DNA from: Longimicrobiales bacterium
GTDB lineage: Bacteria; Gemmatimonadota; Gemmatimonadetes; Longimicrobiales; Gaopeijiaceae
DNA length: 64,000 nucleotides
Reading direction: 5' to 3'
NCBI GenBank assembly: GCA_965203485.1
Contig: OZ241892.1
Location: 96,001-160,000 of the forward strand
How positions within the stretch are numbered: the stretch's first letter is position 1; each line of letters opens with the position of its first letter. Position numbers and translations under genes: made by a program. Below, in pieces: positions 51,499 to 61,438 of the stretch. The notes beneath the pieces were generated by a model. The model made no database searches, had not been told where the DNA came from, and saw nothing but the letters and a program-made list of their open reading frames with translations.

Positions 51499-51628
51499 CT
51501 CGGTTGGGAGTCTCCGTCGTGCGTTGTCGCCGGTGTGGACGAGAGGGATGGGCCGGGCGAGGAGTCCGATGGACAGGCCGGCGCCGCCCGCGCGGAAAGT
51601 GATGCGGTCGCCGCTTGCCGGGCAACCC

Positions 51629-51979
51629 TTACCCGAACAGCGATTCCAGCAACGCCTGGCTGTAGCCCACGGCCACCACCGGACCGGTTCGCAAGGCGGG
51701 CGCCCGCAACTTGCCGGAGCGGCCCAGCATCATGGCGAGCAGCTCGGCGTCGGACGGCCGGTTCGCGGCGAGGCCGGCGCGCTCGACGCGTCGTCCCCTC
51801 GCCACGCGGAGTTCCGTTGCTCCTTCGAGCAACGCCAGGGCGGCGGCGCCCACCACTGGGTCCTTGCCTGCGTGGCGCACCTCGCCGTCGCGGACGCCCC
51901 TCTGCGCAAGGAACTCTTGCGTGCGTTTGCAGCTGGTTCAGCCGGGGCGGTGATACCGCCACTCCACGGCTTGGCTCAT
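51629..51979 (-). CDS. ArsC/Spx-like thioredoxin-fold selenoprotein (UxxC), 116 aa
   Basis: MSQAVEWRYHRPG-TGA-TSCKRTQEFL continues in frame into LGRSGKLRAPAL...VGY. GAGG RBS; hairpin downstream of the UGA. Confidence 0.8.
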
Positions 51980-52208
51980 GCTTCCTCGCTGGTGCGGCCA
52001 GGCCGGCGCAGGATTCCCGAACGCGGCGGCGGTCCAGCCGCCGGGCCGGAAGGGCAACCCGGAGCCGACCCGCGAACGCGCCCGGTGGCTCTTGCAGGCG
52101 GACGGCGGAATTCGTACCGTGCTGGCGTCCGGTCCGGCTACCGCTTGCCGTGTGCCGGCCGACCCAGCGCATCGACAGCTTCCCTCCCAAGGCAAGGTAA
52201 CGTCTCCC

Positions 52209-52715
52209 ATGAGCCCGACGACGGCAAGGCGCGCGCTTCCCTTCTTCTTCTTCCTCGCGGTTCCTCCGTTCCTCCTCCAGGCCGGTTGCACTCCGGCTCC
52301 AGCGAACGGAGATGCCGCCGCGGCGGACGCGCAGCCGCCGGCCCGCGAGTACGTGGGCGCGCGTTCGGCCGACGACTCCGGCGCGCTCCCGTTCAGCGGC
52401 GCCGTCTGGGTCGGCAACACTCTGTACCTGTCGGGCCAGCTGGGGCTCGACAACGGGCAAGTTCCCGAGACCGCAGAGGCCGAAGCGGCCAACGTCCTGG
52501 ACAACGTGCGCGAGCTGCTGGCGGAGGCGGGCCTGACGATGGACGACTTGGTGTCCGTCCAGGTGTTCGCGTCCGACGTCGGCGACTACCAAGCGTTCAA
52601 CGGCGTCTACCGCGCGTACTTCACCAAGGAGTATCCGGCCCGCGCGTTCATAGGCGCCGGGACGTTGCTCTTCGGGGCCCGCTTCGAGGTCCAGGGCGTC
52701 GCGGCGAGGCGCTAG
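52209..52715 (+). CDS. RidA/YjgF family protein with lipoprotein signal
   Basis: LQAGC lipobox; LYLSGQLG, FNGVY, PARAF, FEV. Confidence 0.85.
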   Translation: MSPTTARRALPFFFFLAVPPFLLQAGCTPAPANGDAAAADAQPPAREYVGARSADDSGALPFSGAVWVGNTLYLSGQLGLDNGQVPETAEAEAANVLDNVRELLAEAGLTMDDLVSVQVFASDVGDYQAFNGVYRAYFTKEYPARAFIGAGTLLFGARFEVQGVAARR

Positions 52716-52810
52716 CTAGAAGCCGGAGCTTGGCCCCGGCAGGCGCCGCCGGCCTGCTCGGCCCCCGGCAGGGGGAGGAATCGTTGCGAGATCAGTCCGT
52801 AGCGCGCCGA

Positions 52811-54106
52811 ATGGCCCTTCTGGGCACCGAGAACGCGTTCAAGCTGGGCGACGACATCCAGCGTTGCGTGGAGCGCGGCATGGATGTCGTCCGCTTCAAC
52901 TTGGGCGCTCCCGACTTTCGCTCGGCGCAGCATCTCAACGAAGTGGCTGTGCGAGCGCTCCGCGCGGGACGGTCGGGGTATTGCGACCCTGCGGGCATCT
53001 TGCCGTTTCGCGAGGCGATCGCGCGCCACGTGTCCGCCACGCGCGGCATCGGCGCAAGTCCGGATCGCGTGGTGGTGACGCCGGGCGCCAAGCCGCCGAT
53101 CGCCTACGCGTTCATGACCTATGTGGACCCAGGAGACGAGGTCGTCTATCCGAGCCCGGGGTTCCCGATCTACGAGTCGTGGGCGCGCTTCACGGGCGCC
53201 GTGCCGGTGCCCTTGCATCTCTCGGAGGACCAGGGCTTCGCGTTCACGGCGGACGACTTGGCGCCGTTGCTCAACGAGCGGACCAAGCTGGTCGTGCTGT
53301 GCTCGCCGTCCAATCCGACGGGCGGCGTGCTGCCGCGCGAGGAGCTGGCCGAGATTGCGCGCGCGGTTCGCGACCGGTGCGGCCCCGGCGTGCGCGTCTA
53401 CTCCGACGAGATATACGAGCACGTCCTGTTCGACGGCCTCGAGCACGCGAGCATCGCGTCTCATCCAGGCATGGAGGACTGTACCGTGATGGCTAGCGGC
53501 CACTCCAAGGGCTTTGCGATGACGGGATGGCGCCTCGGCTGGGCGGTTCTGCCCACGGCCAGGGAAGCGGCGCTGTTCACGCAGATCAACATCAACATCG
53601 TGTCGTGCGTGCCTCCGTTCCTGCAGGAGGCGGGAGCGGCCGCGTACGACGATCCGGCGTCGGCGGACGTCGTGCAGGCCATGGTGGCCGAGTTCCAGCA
53701 GCGGCGGGACTGGATCGTGCCCGCCCTGAACCGTTTGCCGGGAGTCCGGTGCAACATTCCGAAGGGAGCGTTCTACGTCTTCCCCAACGTCGAAGGACTG
53801 TGCCGCCGGCTGGGGATATTGGATGCGTGCGCGCGGCTGCCCGAGGGGGTGCGCGAGAGGACGACGCCGGCGGCGATGCTTCAGATGTTTTTGCTGTACC
53901 GGCACGGAGTGGCGACGATGGACCGGGCTTCGTTCGGCGAGATCGGGGCCGAGGGACAGCACTTCCTGCGCCTGTCGATCGCCAACAGCATGGAGGACAT
54001 CCGCCGGGGCGTCGCTCGCATCGAGAAGGCAGGGCGGGACCGGGCCGGCTTCGAGGCGTTCGCAGCGGGCGAGGGCCTGCGGGTGTGGACCGGCGAAAGC
54101 TTGTAG
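52811..54106 (+). CDS. Class I/II PLP aminotransferase (aspartate aminotransferase-like)
   Basis: GAPDF, SPSNPTG, SDEIY, SKGFAMTGWRLG, GAFY. Confidence 0.9.
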   Translation: MALLGTENAFKLGDDIQRCVERGMDVVRFNLGAPDFRSAQHLNEVAVRALRAGRSGYCDPAGILPFREAIARHVSATRGIGASPDRVVVTPGAKPPIAYAFMTYVDPGDEVVYPSPGFPIYESWARFTGAVPVPLHLSEDQGFAFTADDLAPLLNERTKLVVLCSPSNPTGGVLPREELAEIARAVRDRCGPGVRVYSDEIYEHVLFDGLEHASIASHPGMEDCTVMASGHSKGFAMTGWRLGWAVLPTAREAALFTQININIVSCVPPFLQEAGAAAYDDPASADVVQAMVAEFQQRRDWIVPALNRLPGVRCNIPKGAFYVFPNVEGLCRRLGILDACARLPEGVRERTTPAAMLQMFLLYRHGVATMDRASFGEIGAEGQHFLRLSIANSMEDIRRGVARIEKAGRDRAGFEAFAAGEGLRVWTGESL

Positions 54107-56103
54107 AGTCCCCGGCCGACGGCCTTCCGTCCGACGCGAACGGCGCGGACGAACCAGCGCGCCGGGCGCGGGCCCGTCCACCCGGCGGCGACTCGGATCC
54201 CCTCCCCATCCTGCATCGGGCGGCGATCGCATACCTCGCGGTGCCGCTCGCGATCTGGGCGCTGGGCTGGTTCAAGCCCTGGATCGGCGTCCCCGCGACG
54301 GCGTTGCTTGCGGCCGCGCTGTGGCGCGCGCTGTCCGGTTCTCGGATGCCTCGGCCGTCGCGGCCGGCCGTGGCCGCCGCGGCCGTTGCGCTCGCCGTGG
54401 TGATCCCCGGTCCGACCAGCGGCCTCTTCCTCGGCGCATCCGACTGGCACGCCTACCCCGACTGGCACATCCACCGGGCCGTCCTGATGGACATGGCCCA
54501 AGGCGCCTGGCCGACGACGCTGGCTGGCTATCTGGACGGCGAAGCGCCCCTCCTGCGCTATTACCTGGGATGGCACCTCGTTCCAGCGCTCGCGGCGCGG
54601 ACGGCGGGCGCCGCAGCCCTGGACTGGGCGGTTCCCGCGTGGACGTGGTGCGGAACGGCCTTGGCGGCCATGCTCTTCGCCCGCGGCCTCTCGACTGCGC
54701 GCTCGGCGGCGCTGGCGGCGGCCGGGCTGTTCCTGTTCAGCGGCATGGACGCGATGGACGCGCTGCTGCTGCGGACGGCGCCCGGCATGGAGTACTCGGC
54801 GCCGGCCGGCATGGTCCTGGAGTACCAGCCGCACCTGGAAACGCTGCACGTGACGCCTCAGCACTTTCTTCCTGCGGCGCTGGGGACGCTGCTTCTCCTG
54901 CAGCTTCGGCGCAGCAGGCGCTTCTGGTCCGTCGCCGGCGTGGTCTTGGCGGCGTGCCTGTTCTGGTCGTCGCTTCTGTCGGTCGGGTTGCTTGTTCTGG
55001 GAGCCGCCGCCGCCGGCGTTCGGCGACTCGCCTGGACACTGAGCTGGCAAAACTTGGCGGCCGTGCCGCTGGCGTTGTTGGCGGCGCTTTACATGGCCGC
55101 GGGCACGATCGAGTTTCCGCACGGGTGGCTCTGGGATCTGTGGGAGAGTCCGTGGCGGATGTGGATGCGCCTCTTCGTGCTGTACGCGACCGAGTTTCTC
55201 GTGCTGGCCGTGCTGGTTTGGCGGCTCTCCCCAAGCGTCGCGCGCGACCCGCTGTTCCTGGCGTCGTGCGCCGTGTTGTTGGCCGCGCCGCTGTACTACT
55301 ACGGGTCGCCGACCGTGAACGAGTTGGGGCTTCGTCTTCCGGTGCCCCCGCTCGTCGTCCTGTCCTACTATGCGATTCGGGGAGCCGCGGGGCGGCTGGG
55401 GACAGGGGTTGCGCCCGGCCTTCGCTCCGAAAAGGCATTGCGGGGCGGAGCGCGCAACGACGGCGAGGCCGGGAGCGCGCGACGGCTCGCCGGTTCCGCA
55501 GGGTCCTGGCTGGTGGCGTCGGTCCTGCTTGTGGGCGCGGTTCCCGTAATGGCCCATGTCGCCGGACTGCGTCCCGCCGTTCCTGGTCACGCGCGGGCGG
55601 GCATGTCCGTGCGCGCGGACATCGCTTGGTGGGACGTGCGGAGGTTGCAGGCCGACCGGCGGCCGGGGTCGCTCCTCGACGCTCTGTTGCGCGACAGCCT
55701 CGGCGGGGAACGCTCTCGGGCCCCGGGCCGCTTGGTCGTTCGGTCTGCTTGGGACGTGTACCTGGAGCAGGGGAATCGCCTGGTCTACGTCAAGCGAGAC
55801 TGCGACCTCGAGGTCGAGCCGGACAGCTGGCTCTTCTTGGAGGTCCGGCCCCAGGAGGCGCAACGCCAGTTCGGGCCGCCCGCGAGCCGGCGGGAACGGG
55901 CGCGCTGGATTGAACGGCCCAACGACTTGGGCGGTCGGACGCTCTGGCTACGTGTGGCCCGAGGCGCCCACTACGTGGCGGGGCGAGGCGGTTGCGTCGC
56001 CGTCGCGGACTTGGCAAGTCGCTCCGCGGAACGCTTTCGGACGGGGCAGCTGGACGGCGCGGGCCGGTTGATGTGGGAGGCCGAGGTGGAGCTTCGCCGG
56101 TGA
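54085..56103 (+). CDS. Polytopic membrane protein, paralog 1 (GT-C-like?); start uncertain
   Basis: DW.HR, LLRYYLGWHLVPAL, PQH, YATEF; soluble C-terminal domain. Confidence 0.7.
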   Translation: MDRRKLVESPADGLPSDANGADEPARRARARPPGGDSDPLPILHRAAIAYLAVPLAIWALGWFKPWIGVPATALLAAALWRALSGSRMPRPSRPAVAAAAVALAVVIPGPTSGLFLGASDWHAYPDWHIHRAVLMDMAQGAWPTTLAGYLDGEAPLLRYYLGWHLVPALAARTAGAAALDWAVPAWTWCGTALAAMLFARGLSTARSAALAAAGLFLFSGMDAMDALLLRTAPGMEYSAPAGMVLEYQPHLETLHVTPQHFLPAALGTLLLLQLRRSRRFWSVAGVVLAACLFWSSLLSVGLLVLGAAAAGVRRLAWTLSWQNLAAVPLALLAALYMAAGTIEFPHGWLWDLWESPWRMWMRLFVLYATEFLVLAVLVWRLSPSVARDPLFLASCAVLLAAPLYYYGSPTVNELGLRLPVPPLVVLSYYAIRGAAGRLGTGVAPGLRSEKALRGGARNDGEAGSARRLAGSAGSWLVASVLLVGAVPVMAHVAGLRPAVPGHARAGMSVRADIAWWDVRRLQADRRPGSLLDALLRDSLGGERSRAPGRLVVRSAWDVYLEQGNRLVYVKRDCDLEVEPDSWLFLEVRPQEAQRQFGPPASRRERARWIERPNDLGGRTLWLRVARGAHYVAGRGGCVAVADLASRSAERFRTGQLDGAGRLMWEAEVELRR

Positions 56104-56130
56104 CCGCCTGCGCAACAGTGCGGTCATGAA

Positions 56131-58089
56131 ATGAGAAACGAGACGGACTGCCACGCCGCCGCGGACCGGAGCCCGGCAAAGCCTGCCAGGGCCGACGCCG
56201 ACCTGCTTTCGCCGCCCGCGTCCTCCGCGACGGTGCCGCTTCTGGAGAGGATCGCGCTCGCGTATCTCGCGGCGCCTCTGGCCATTTGGTTGCTCGGTTG
56301 GTTCAAGCCGTGGGTAGGCATTCCCGCTGTCGCGTTGCTCGTCGTCGGCCTTCGTGGGCCGCTGTCGGGGCCCTGGAGGGTTCCCAAGCCCTCGCGAACC
56401 ATCGTCGCTGCGGCACTCTGTGCTCTGGTGGCGACATTGCTGAGCCCGGCCGGCGGCTTCCTATTGGTCGCGGGCGACTGGGAAGCTCACCGTGCCGTCT
56501 TTCTCGAGTTGGCTACGGGCGGCTGGCCTACCTATCTCGCCGACTACTTGGACGGCGAACCGCTGCTGCTGCGCTACTACCTGGGTTGGCACTTGGTGCC
56601 GGCGCTGGTCGCCCGGATCGTGGGCGTCGCGTCCCTGAACTGGACGATCCCCCTCTGGACATGGTGCGGCACGGCGTTGCTCGCGGCGCTGTTCGTCCGG
56701 CGTTTCCTTACCTTGCGGGCGGCGGCGCTGGCCCTGGCCGTTCTGTCTTTGTTCAGCGGCGCCGACGTGGCCGACGTCGTGCTGTCCAATTTGCTCCAGC
56801 AAGTCGCACAGAGTCCGGCAGGAGCGGTTTGGCTCGATTATCAGCCGTCCATGCGGACTTTCCGGCTCACGCCCCAGCACTTCATTCCCGCCGGGATCGG
56901 GTCGTTGCTGGTGATTCGCCTGAGGACCCACCCGCGCTTCGTAGCGGCGATGGGCGTCGTTGTGACAGCATGCTTGTTCTGGTCGCCGTTCGTCGCGGCC
57001 GGCCTGTTGCCGCTCGCAGCGGCGGCGCTGGCCGGGTCCGCCCGGCGCCGGTCGCCGCTGGGTTGGCGAAGCGCGTTAGCGGTAGTTCCCGTCGGCGGCT
57101 TGGCGGCGCTCTACTTGTTGGCCGGGGAGCTGAACTTCCAGCGTGGCTGGATTTGGGAGCTGTGGGAAAGCCGGTGGCACTTGGCCGCGAGGCTGGCCAT
57201 CCTGTACGCGACGGAGTTTCTGTTGCTGGTGTTTCTGGTGATGCGAATCGATGCTCGGCGTGGCCGCGATCCCCTCTTGTGCGCTTGTGTCGTTGTGCTG
57301 GTCTTGGTTCCTGTATATGTCTATGGCCTGCCTTTGAACGAGTGGGGCATTCGCGTGCAGACACCCTCGTTGGCGCTCCTGTCGTACTATGTTGCCGGGG
57401 CCGTCGCGAGCCGCCTTCCGGAAATGGCCGGCGGGCGGCCGCGGCCGCCTCGAGCCGCGTGGGGGGCCCTGGTCGCGATGTTGGTCGTGGGAGCCGGGAC
57501 TCCAGTGCGCGAGATGCTGAACACCACCCGCATTGGCCCGTTCGCCTATGAGCGTACGGGCGAGTCCCTGCTTGCAGACGTCGATTGGCGATTCGTCCGA
57601 CAGCGGATTGCTCCGAAGCCTCCGGCGCACCTGACCGCGTTGCTGATGGAGCCCGGACGGGCAAGCCGCCAACCTTCAGCGTTGTTGATCCGGTCCGGCT
57701 ACGACGTGTATTACGAGAACGGCGGCCGTCTAGTGTACGCGAAGCCGAACTGCGACTGGGAAGCGGAACACGAGTCGTCTCTGTTTCTGGAGATTCGCTA
57801 CGGCGCCGGGACGAACTTGTCCGCTCCAGGATCCCGCAGGCCGCCTTGGGACTATTGGGTCGTGCACAGCAGCGGAGACCGCCGAGAATTCCTTCGCATT
57901 ATGCTCCGGCATGTTCGCCACTACGCGGAGGGCAGAGGCTGCACGGTTTCGGCGCGCCTGTCTCCCGGATCGGTCACGAGCATCCGGACCGGCCAAGTCT
58001 CGTCCGACGGACGCCTGCTGTGGGCGGTCGAGCGCAGCATGGTCGGCGATCCTGGCGTGCCCAGCGCGCGTCCTCTTGCGCGACGGTAG
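56131..58089 (+). CDS. Polytopic membrane protein, paralog 2
   Basis: Same motifs as paralog 1. Confidence 0.75.
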   Translation: MRNETDCHAAADRSPAKPARADADLLSPPASSATVPLLERIALAYLAAPLAIWLLGWFKPWVGIPAVALLVVGLRGPLSGPWRVPKPSRTIVAAALCALVATLLSPAGGFLLVAGDWEAHRAVFLELATGGWPTYLADYLDGEPLLLRYYLGWHLVPALVARIVGVASLNWTIPLWTWCGTALLAALFVRRFLTLRAAALALAVLSLFSGADVADVVLSNLLQQVAQSPAGAVWLDYQPSMRTFRLTPQHFIPAGIGSLLVIRLRTHPRFVAAMGVVVTACLFWSPFVAAGLLPLAAAALAGSARRRSPLGWRSALAVVPVGGLAALYLLAGELNFQRGWIWELWESRWHLAARLAILYATEFLLLVFLVMRIDARRGRDPLLCACVVVLVLVPVYVYGLPLNEWGIRVQTPSLALLSYYVAGAVASRLPEMAGGRPRPPRAAWGALVAMLVVGAGTPVREMLNTTRIGPFAYERTGESLLADVDWRFVRQRIAPKPPAHLTALLMEPGRASRQPSALLIRSGYDVYYENGGRLVYAKPNCDWEAEHESSLFLEIRYGAGTNLSAPGSRRPPWDYWVVHSSGDRREFLRIMLRHVRHYAEGRGCTVSARLSPGSVTSIRTGQVSSDGRLLWAVERSMVGDPGVPSARPLARR

Positions 58090-58276
58090 CGTCGCTATGT
58101 CGCTTCGCCGGTGCCGATTTCGGGGGACTGGGCCACGCTCCAGGGCGGAGTTCGCCGGTGCCCGTCCGTCGGCTCCGAACTCGCGGGGCCGGTTTGCAGG
58201 CGAAGGGTGCGGTCCCGCTCGCCCCGAGCCCGGCGGACCGGAGCCGGCGCGCGCGGATGCCGCGGGGGGGCGTCTC

Positions 58277-60172
58277 GTGGCCGACGGGCCGTTGCCTCTC
58301 CTGCACCGCGCCGCGATCGCGTACTTGGCGGCGCCGCTCGGCTTGTGGCTTCTGGGGTGGCTTCGCCTCGAGGTCGCCGTCCCTGCCGCGGCGTTGCTCG
58401 CGGCAGGCCTCTGGCGAACTTTGTCCGGCCCCTGGAGGACGGCGCGGCCCTCCCGGACCGCCGCCGTCTTGGTTCTCGCGTCCCTAGCGCTGGTGGCGTT
58501 GACGCCGGCCGGCGGGATTCTGGTCGACGCGACGTTCCTCAACTGGCCGACGCACCGTGGGGTCCTGCTGGACTTGGTCCGAGGACGATGGCCCGCCTAT
58601 CTGCCGGACTACTTGGGCAACGGCCCCTTGCTGCTTCGCTACTACCTGGGATGGTACCTCCCGCCTGCGCTTGCGGCTCGGGCAACGGGAGTCGCCTCGC
58701 TGGACTGGGCCGTGCCGCTGTGGACCTGGCTCGGCCTCGCTTTGTTCGCGCTGTTGGCTGCGCGCCCGTACCAGACTCTTCGCGCTGCGCTGATCGCCGT
58801 CGCCGTCTTGTTCTTCTTCAACGGCTTGGACCCGTTGGACGACCGGTTGGCGGCGTTGCTGGAAGCGTTTGCGGACGCGCCGGCTCCGGCCGAGTCGCTT
58901 CACTACGACTCCTTCTATTGGATGTTCCATTCTGGTCCGCAGCACGCCGCGACCGCGGGATTGGGCACGCTCCTTCTTCTTCAGCTCAGGAATCATCCAC
59001 GCTTCCTTGGGGCGGGCGGAGTCGTCTGGACGACATGCGCGTTTTGGTCGCCGATCGCGGCGCTCGGATTGGCTCCCCTGGCGGCGGCCTCGCTCGTCCG
59101 CCGCGGACGGCTTCGCGCAACGCTCAGCTGGCAGAACGCGGCGGCGTTGCCGCTGGCCGGTCTCGTGGCGCTGTACCTGGCTGGCGGGGAAGTCGGCTTC
59201 CCGCGGGCCTGGGTCTGGAACCTGTGGGAAGATCCGTGGCACCTCGCCGCGCGCTTGGCGCTTCTTTACGCGACGGAGTTTCTCGTGGTCGCCGTTCTCG
59301 TCTGGCGCGCCGCGCCGGCGACGGCCCGCGAGCCCTGCTTCGTTGCGGCGCTCGTCGCGCTGCTGGCGGCTCCTCTCTTCTTCTACGGAACGAATCCGTA
59401 CAGCGAGTGGACCGTGAAGTTTTCCCTTGCAGCGCAGGTCGCCGTGGCTTATTGCGCCGCCTGGGTCCTGGCCGGCCGCTCGCCGAAAGCGTTGGGCGCC
59501 ACCACAGCGCCGACGCATGGAGGAGCGGGCCTCCTCGCGGCCGTTCCGGCGCAGGCGTTGGGGATGCGGCCGCGGCGCGGCCGTTCCGTCGCGTACTGGT
59601 TGCTGGCAGGAGCGCTGGTGGTTGGGGCTGTTCCGATGTTGCGGACCATGGCGCGCTCGCGTTTTCATCCCGTGGCCCACGAGTGGACAGGCGAGTCGTT
59701 GATCACCGACGTCCGCTGGGACTTCGTGCGGCAACGGACCGCTTCGAAACTTCCCCGTCTCTTGGCAGTCGTGCTGCGCGGCCCGCACTCGGCGGCCGGC
59801 GGCTTGGGCGCCCGGGTGATTGAAGCGAGGTACGACCTGCATCTCGATGGCCGGAGTCGTCTTGTCTACGCGCGGCGGGATTGCGACCTGGAATCGGAGT
59901 TGCGCACGTGGCTGTTTCTCGAAGTGCACTACGACGACGCCGACCGGTTGCCGTGGCGGTCGAACCGTCCGCCGTGGGACGAATGGACGGTGCGGGCGAG
60001 CCACGACGGACGAGAGCGTCTGCTGATGCGCTTGGAGCCCCGGCACTTCAAGGACGGGGGTTGCATCGCCGGAGCGCGCCTGCGCAGCGACGGTCCCATC
60101 CGCATCCGAACCGGCCAGCTCGGGGTTGGAGGGCGGACGCTGTGGGAGGCCGAGGCTCGGCTGAACGAGTGA
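58277..60172 (+). CDS. Polytopic membrane protein, paralog 3; start uncertain
   Basis: Same motifs (NWPTHR, LLRYYLGWY, PQH, YATEF). Confidence 0.72.
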   Translation: MADGPLPLLHRAAIAYLAAPLGLWLLGWLRLEVAVPAAALLAAGLWRTLSGPWRTARPSRTAAVLVLASLALVALTPAGGILVDATFLNWPTHRGVLLDLVRGRWPAYLPDYLGNGPLLLRYYLGWYLPPALAARATGVASLDWAVPLWTWLGLALFALLAARPYQTLRAALIAVAVLFFFNGLDPLDDRLAALLEAFADAPAPAESLHYDSFYWMFHSGPQHAATAGLGTLLLLQLRNHPRFLGAGGVVWTTCAFWSPIAALGLAPLAAASLVRRGRLRATLSWQNAAALPLAGLVALYLAGGEVGFPRAWVWNLWEDPWHLAARLALLYATEFLVVAVLVWRAAPATAREPCFVAALVALLAAPLFFYGTNPYSEWTVKFSLAAQVAVAYCAAWVLAGRSPKALGATTAPTHGGAGLLAAVPAQALGMRPRRGRSVAYWLLAGALVVGAVPMLRTMARSRFHPVAHEWTGESLITDVRWDFVRQRTASKLPRLLAVVLRGPHSAAGGLGARVIEARYDLHLDGRSRLVYARRDCDLESELRTWLFLEVHYDDADRLPWRSNRPPWDEWTVRASHDGRERLLMRLEPRHFKDGGCIAGARLRSDGPIRIRTGQLGVGGRTLWEAEARLNE

Positions 60173-60263
60173 CGGACGGACGTGGCCGGCGTATCTTGGA
60201 AGCACGGGCGGCGCGACCGACGGGACGCTGCTCGCGAGGCGCCCCCCGAACGGAGGCAACCCA

Positions 60264-60677
60264 GTGAGAAGGCGAGCCGCATCCACCTTCGAAGTGACCC
60301 GGTGGGAACCCAAGTCCAGCGAGGAGTCCGGCGATCGTCCGGTGTTCGGCGAGGTCCTCGTGACGAAGCGCTATTCGGGCGACTTGGCCGGCGAGGGACG
60401 CGCCCGGCTCCTGACGTGCCAAGCCGACCCCGCCGACCGGAGTCTCGGGGCGGGCTATGTCGCGTCCGAGCGGATCTCCGCGACGCTCGACGGCAGGGAA
60501 GGGACCTTCGTCCTGCACCACTGGGGCGCGGTGGCGCCGGGCGTGCCGCCCCGGACCGGCGGTCATGTCGTGCCGGGGTCGGGGACCGGCGGCTTGGCCG
60601 GTTTGGCGGGCGAAATCGAGATCGCGGTTGCCCCCGGCGGAACGCACACGTTGCGACTGGACTACGCGATCGGATAG
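60264..60677 (+). CDS. DUF3224-like protein
   Basis: F.VT.W, K.YSGDL.G, LDGREGTFVL.H, VVPGSGTG.L.GL.G; GGAGG RBS. Confidence 0.8.
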   Translation: MRRRAASTFEVTRWEPKSSEESGDRPVFGEVLVTKRYSGDLAGEGRARLLTCQADPADRSLGAGYVASERISATLDGREGTFVLHHWGAVAPGVPPRTGGHVVPGSGTGGLAGLAGEIEIAVAPGGTHTLRLDYAIG

Positions 60678-60863
60678 TGCGCCCGCCCGCGCCCGCCCGG
60701 GCGACGCAGCCGTCGGCCGGGAACCTCGCCCGCCGGTCTATGCGGGACGCCGGTCCGGTAGCGCGACCCCCGGCGAAGCGAGCCCGCCCATCCGTGCTTG
60801 CCGCCGAAGCCGGCGGCGCCTTGGTCCCGCTGGGATGGCCGATGGCCGAGCGAGTCCCGCCCC

Positions 60864-61271
60864 CTACTCGCCGTTGCTGTCGGCCGCCCCGCCGCCGGCC
60901 GGCTTCGGAAAGAACTGGTCTACGAGAACCGGATTGCCGTCCGGGTCTTTGAAGGCGATCGAAGCCGGCCCGTCTCCAGCGGGGTCGGCGTCGCTTGTCA
61001 GTTCGACGCCGGCCGCCAGCAACGACTCGCGAATCTCGCGAACGTCCCTGAACGTCTCGAGCCGCTTGCCGTCCTGCGTCAAGCCCGGATTGAACGTGAG
61101 CACGTTCTTCTCGAACATGCCTTCGAAGAGCCCGACGACCGAAGCGCCGTTGACCATGATCGCGTACCCCTCGCCGCCGCCCGTGCGCGAGAATCCCAGC
61201 TTTTCGTAGAACGCCTGAGAAGCGCCGAGGTCCTTGACCGCCAAGCTGATCGAGAACGCGCCGAGCTGCAT
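60864..61271 (-). CDS. VOC/glyoxalase family protein
   Basis: [23 protein letters not shown]. Confidence 0.88.
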   Translation of the reverse strand: MQLGAFSISLAVKDLGASQAFYEKLGFSRTGGGEGYAIMVNGASVVGLFEGMFEKNVLTFNPGLTQDGKRLETFRDVREIRESLLAAGVELTSDADPAGDGPASIAFKDPDGNPVLVDQFFPKPAGGGAADSNGE

Positions 61272-61438
61272 GTCCACCCCCTGTTGCAACGGTGCCGCGG
61301 AAGACTTTCGCCCTCGGCCTCCGTTCGTTGTCCTCCTGTGCGAAGGCCGGACGGACAAGTTGCGCTTCGGGCGCTCGGCGCGACAGCTTTCCTCCGCATT
61401 CCGGCGCCGTCGGCCGGGAACGAACCGAAAGATCGGCC

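Noticed and set aside
51134..52810. Apparent N-terminal extension of the aminotransferase (990 aa)
   Set aside because: It overlaps the peptidase, selenoprotein and RidA genes; motifs begin only near 52811.
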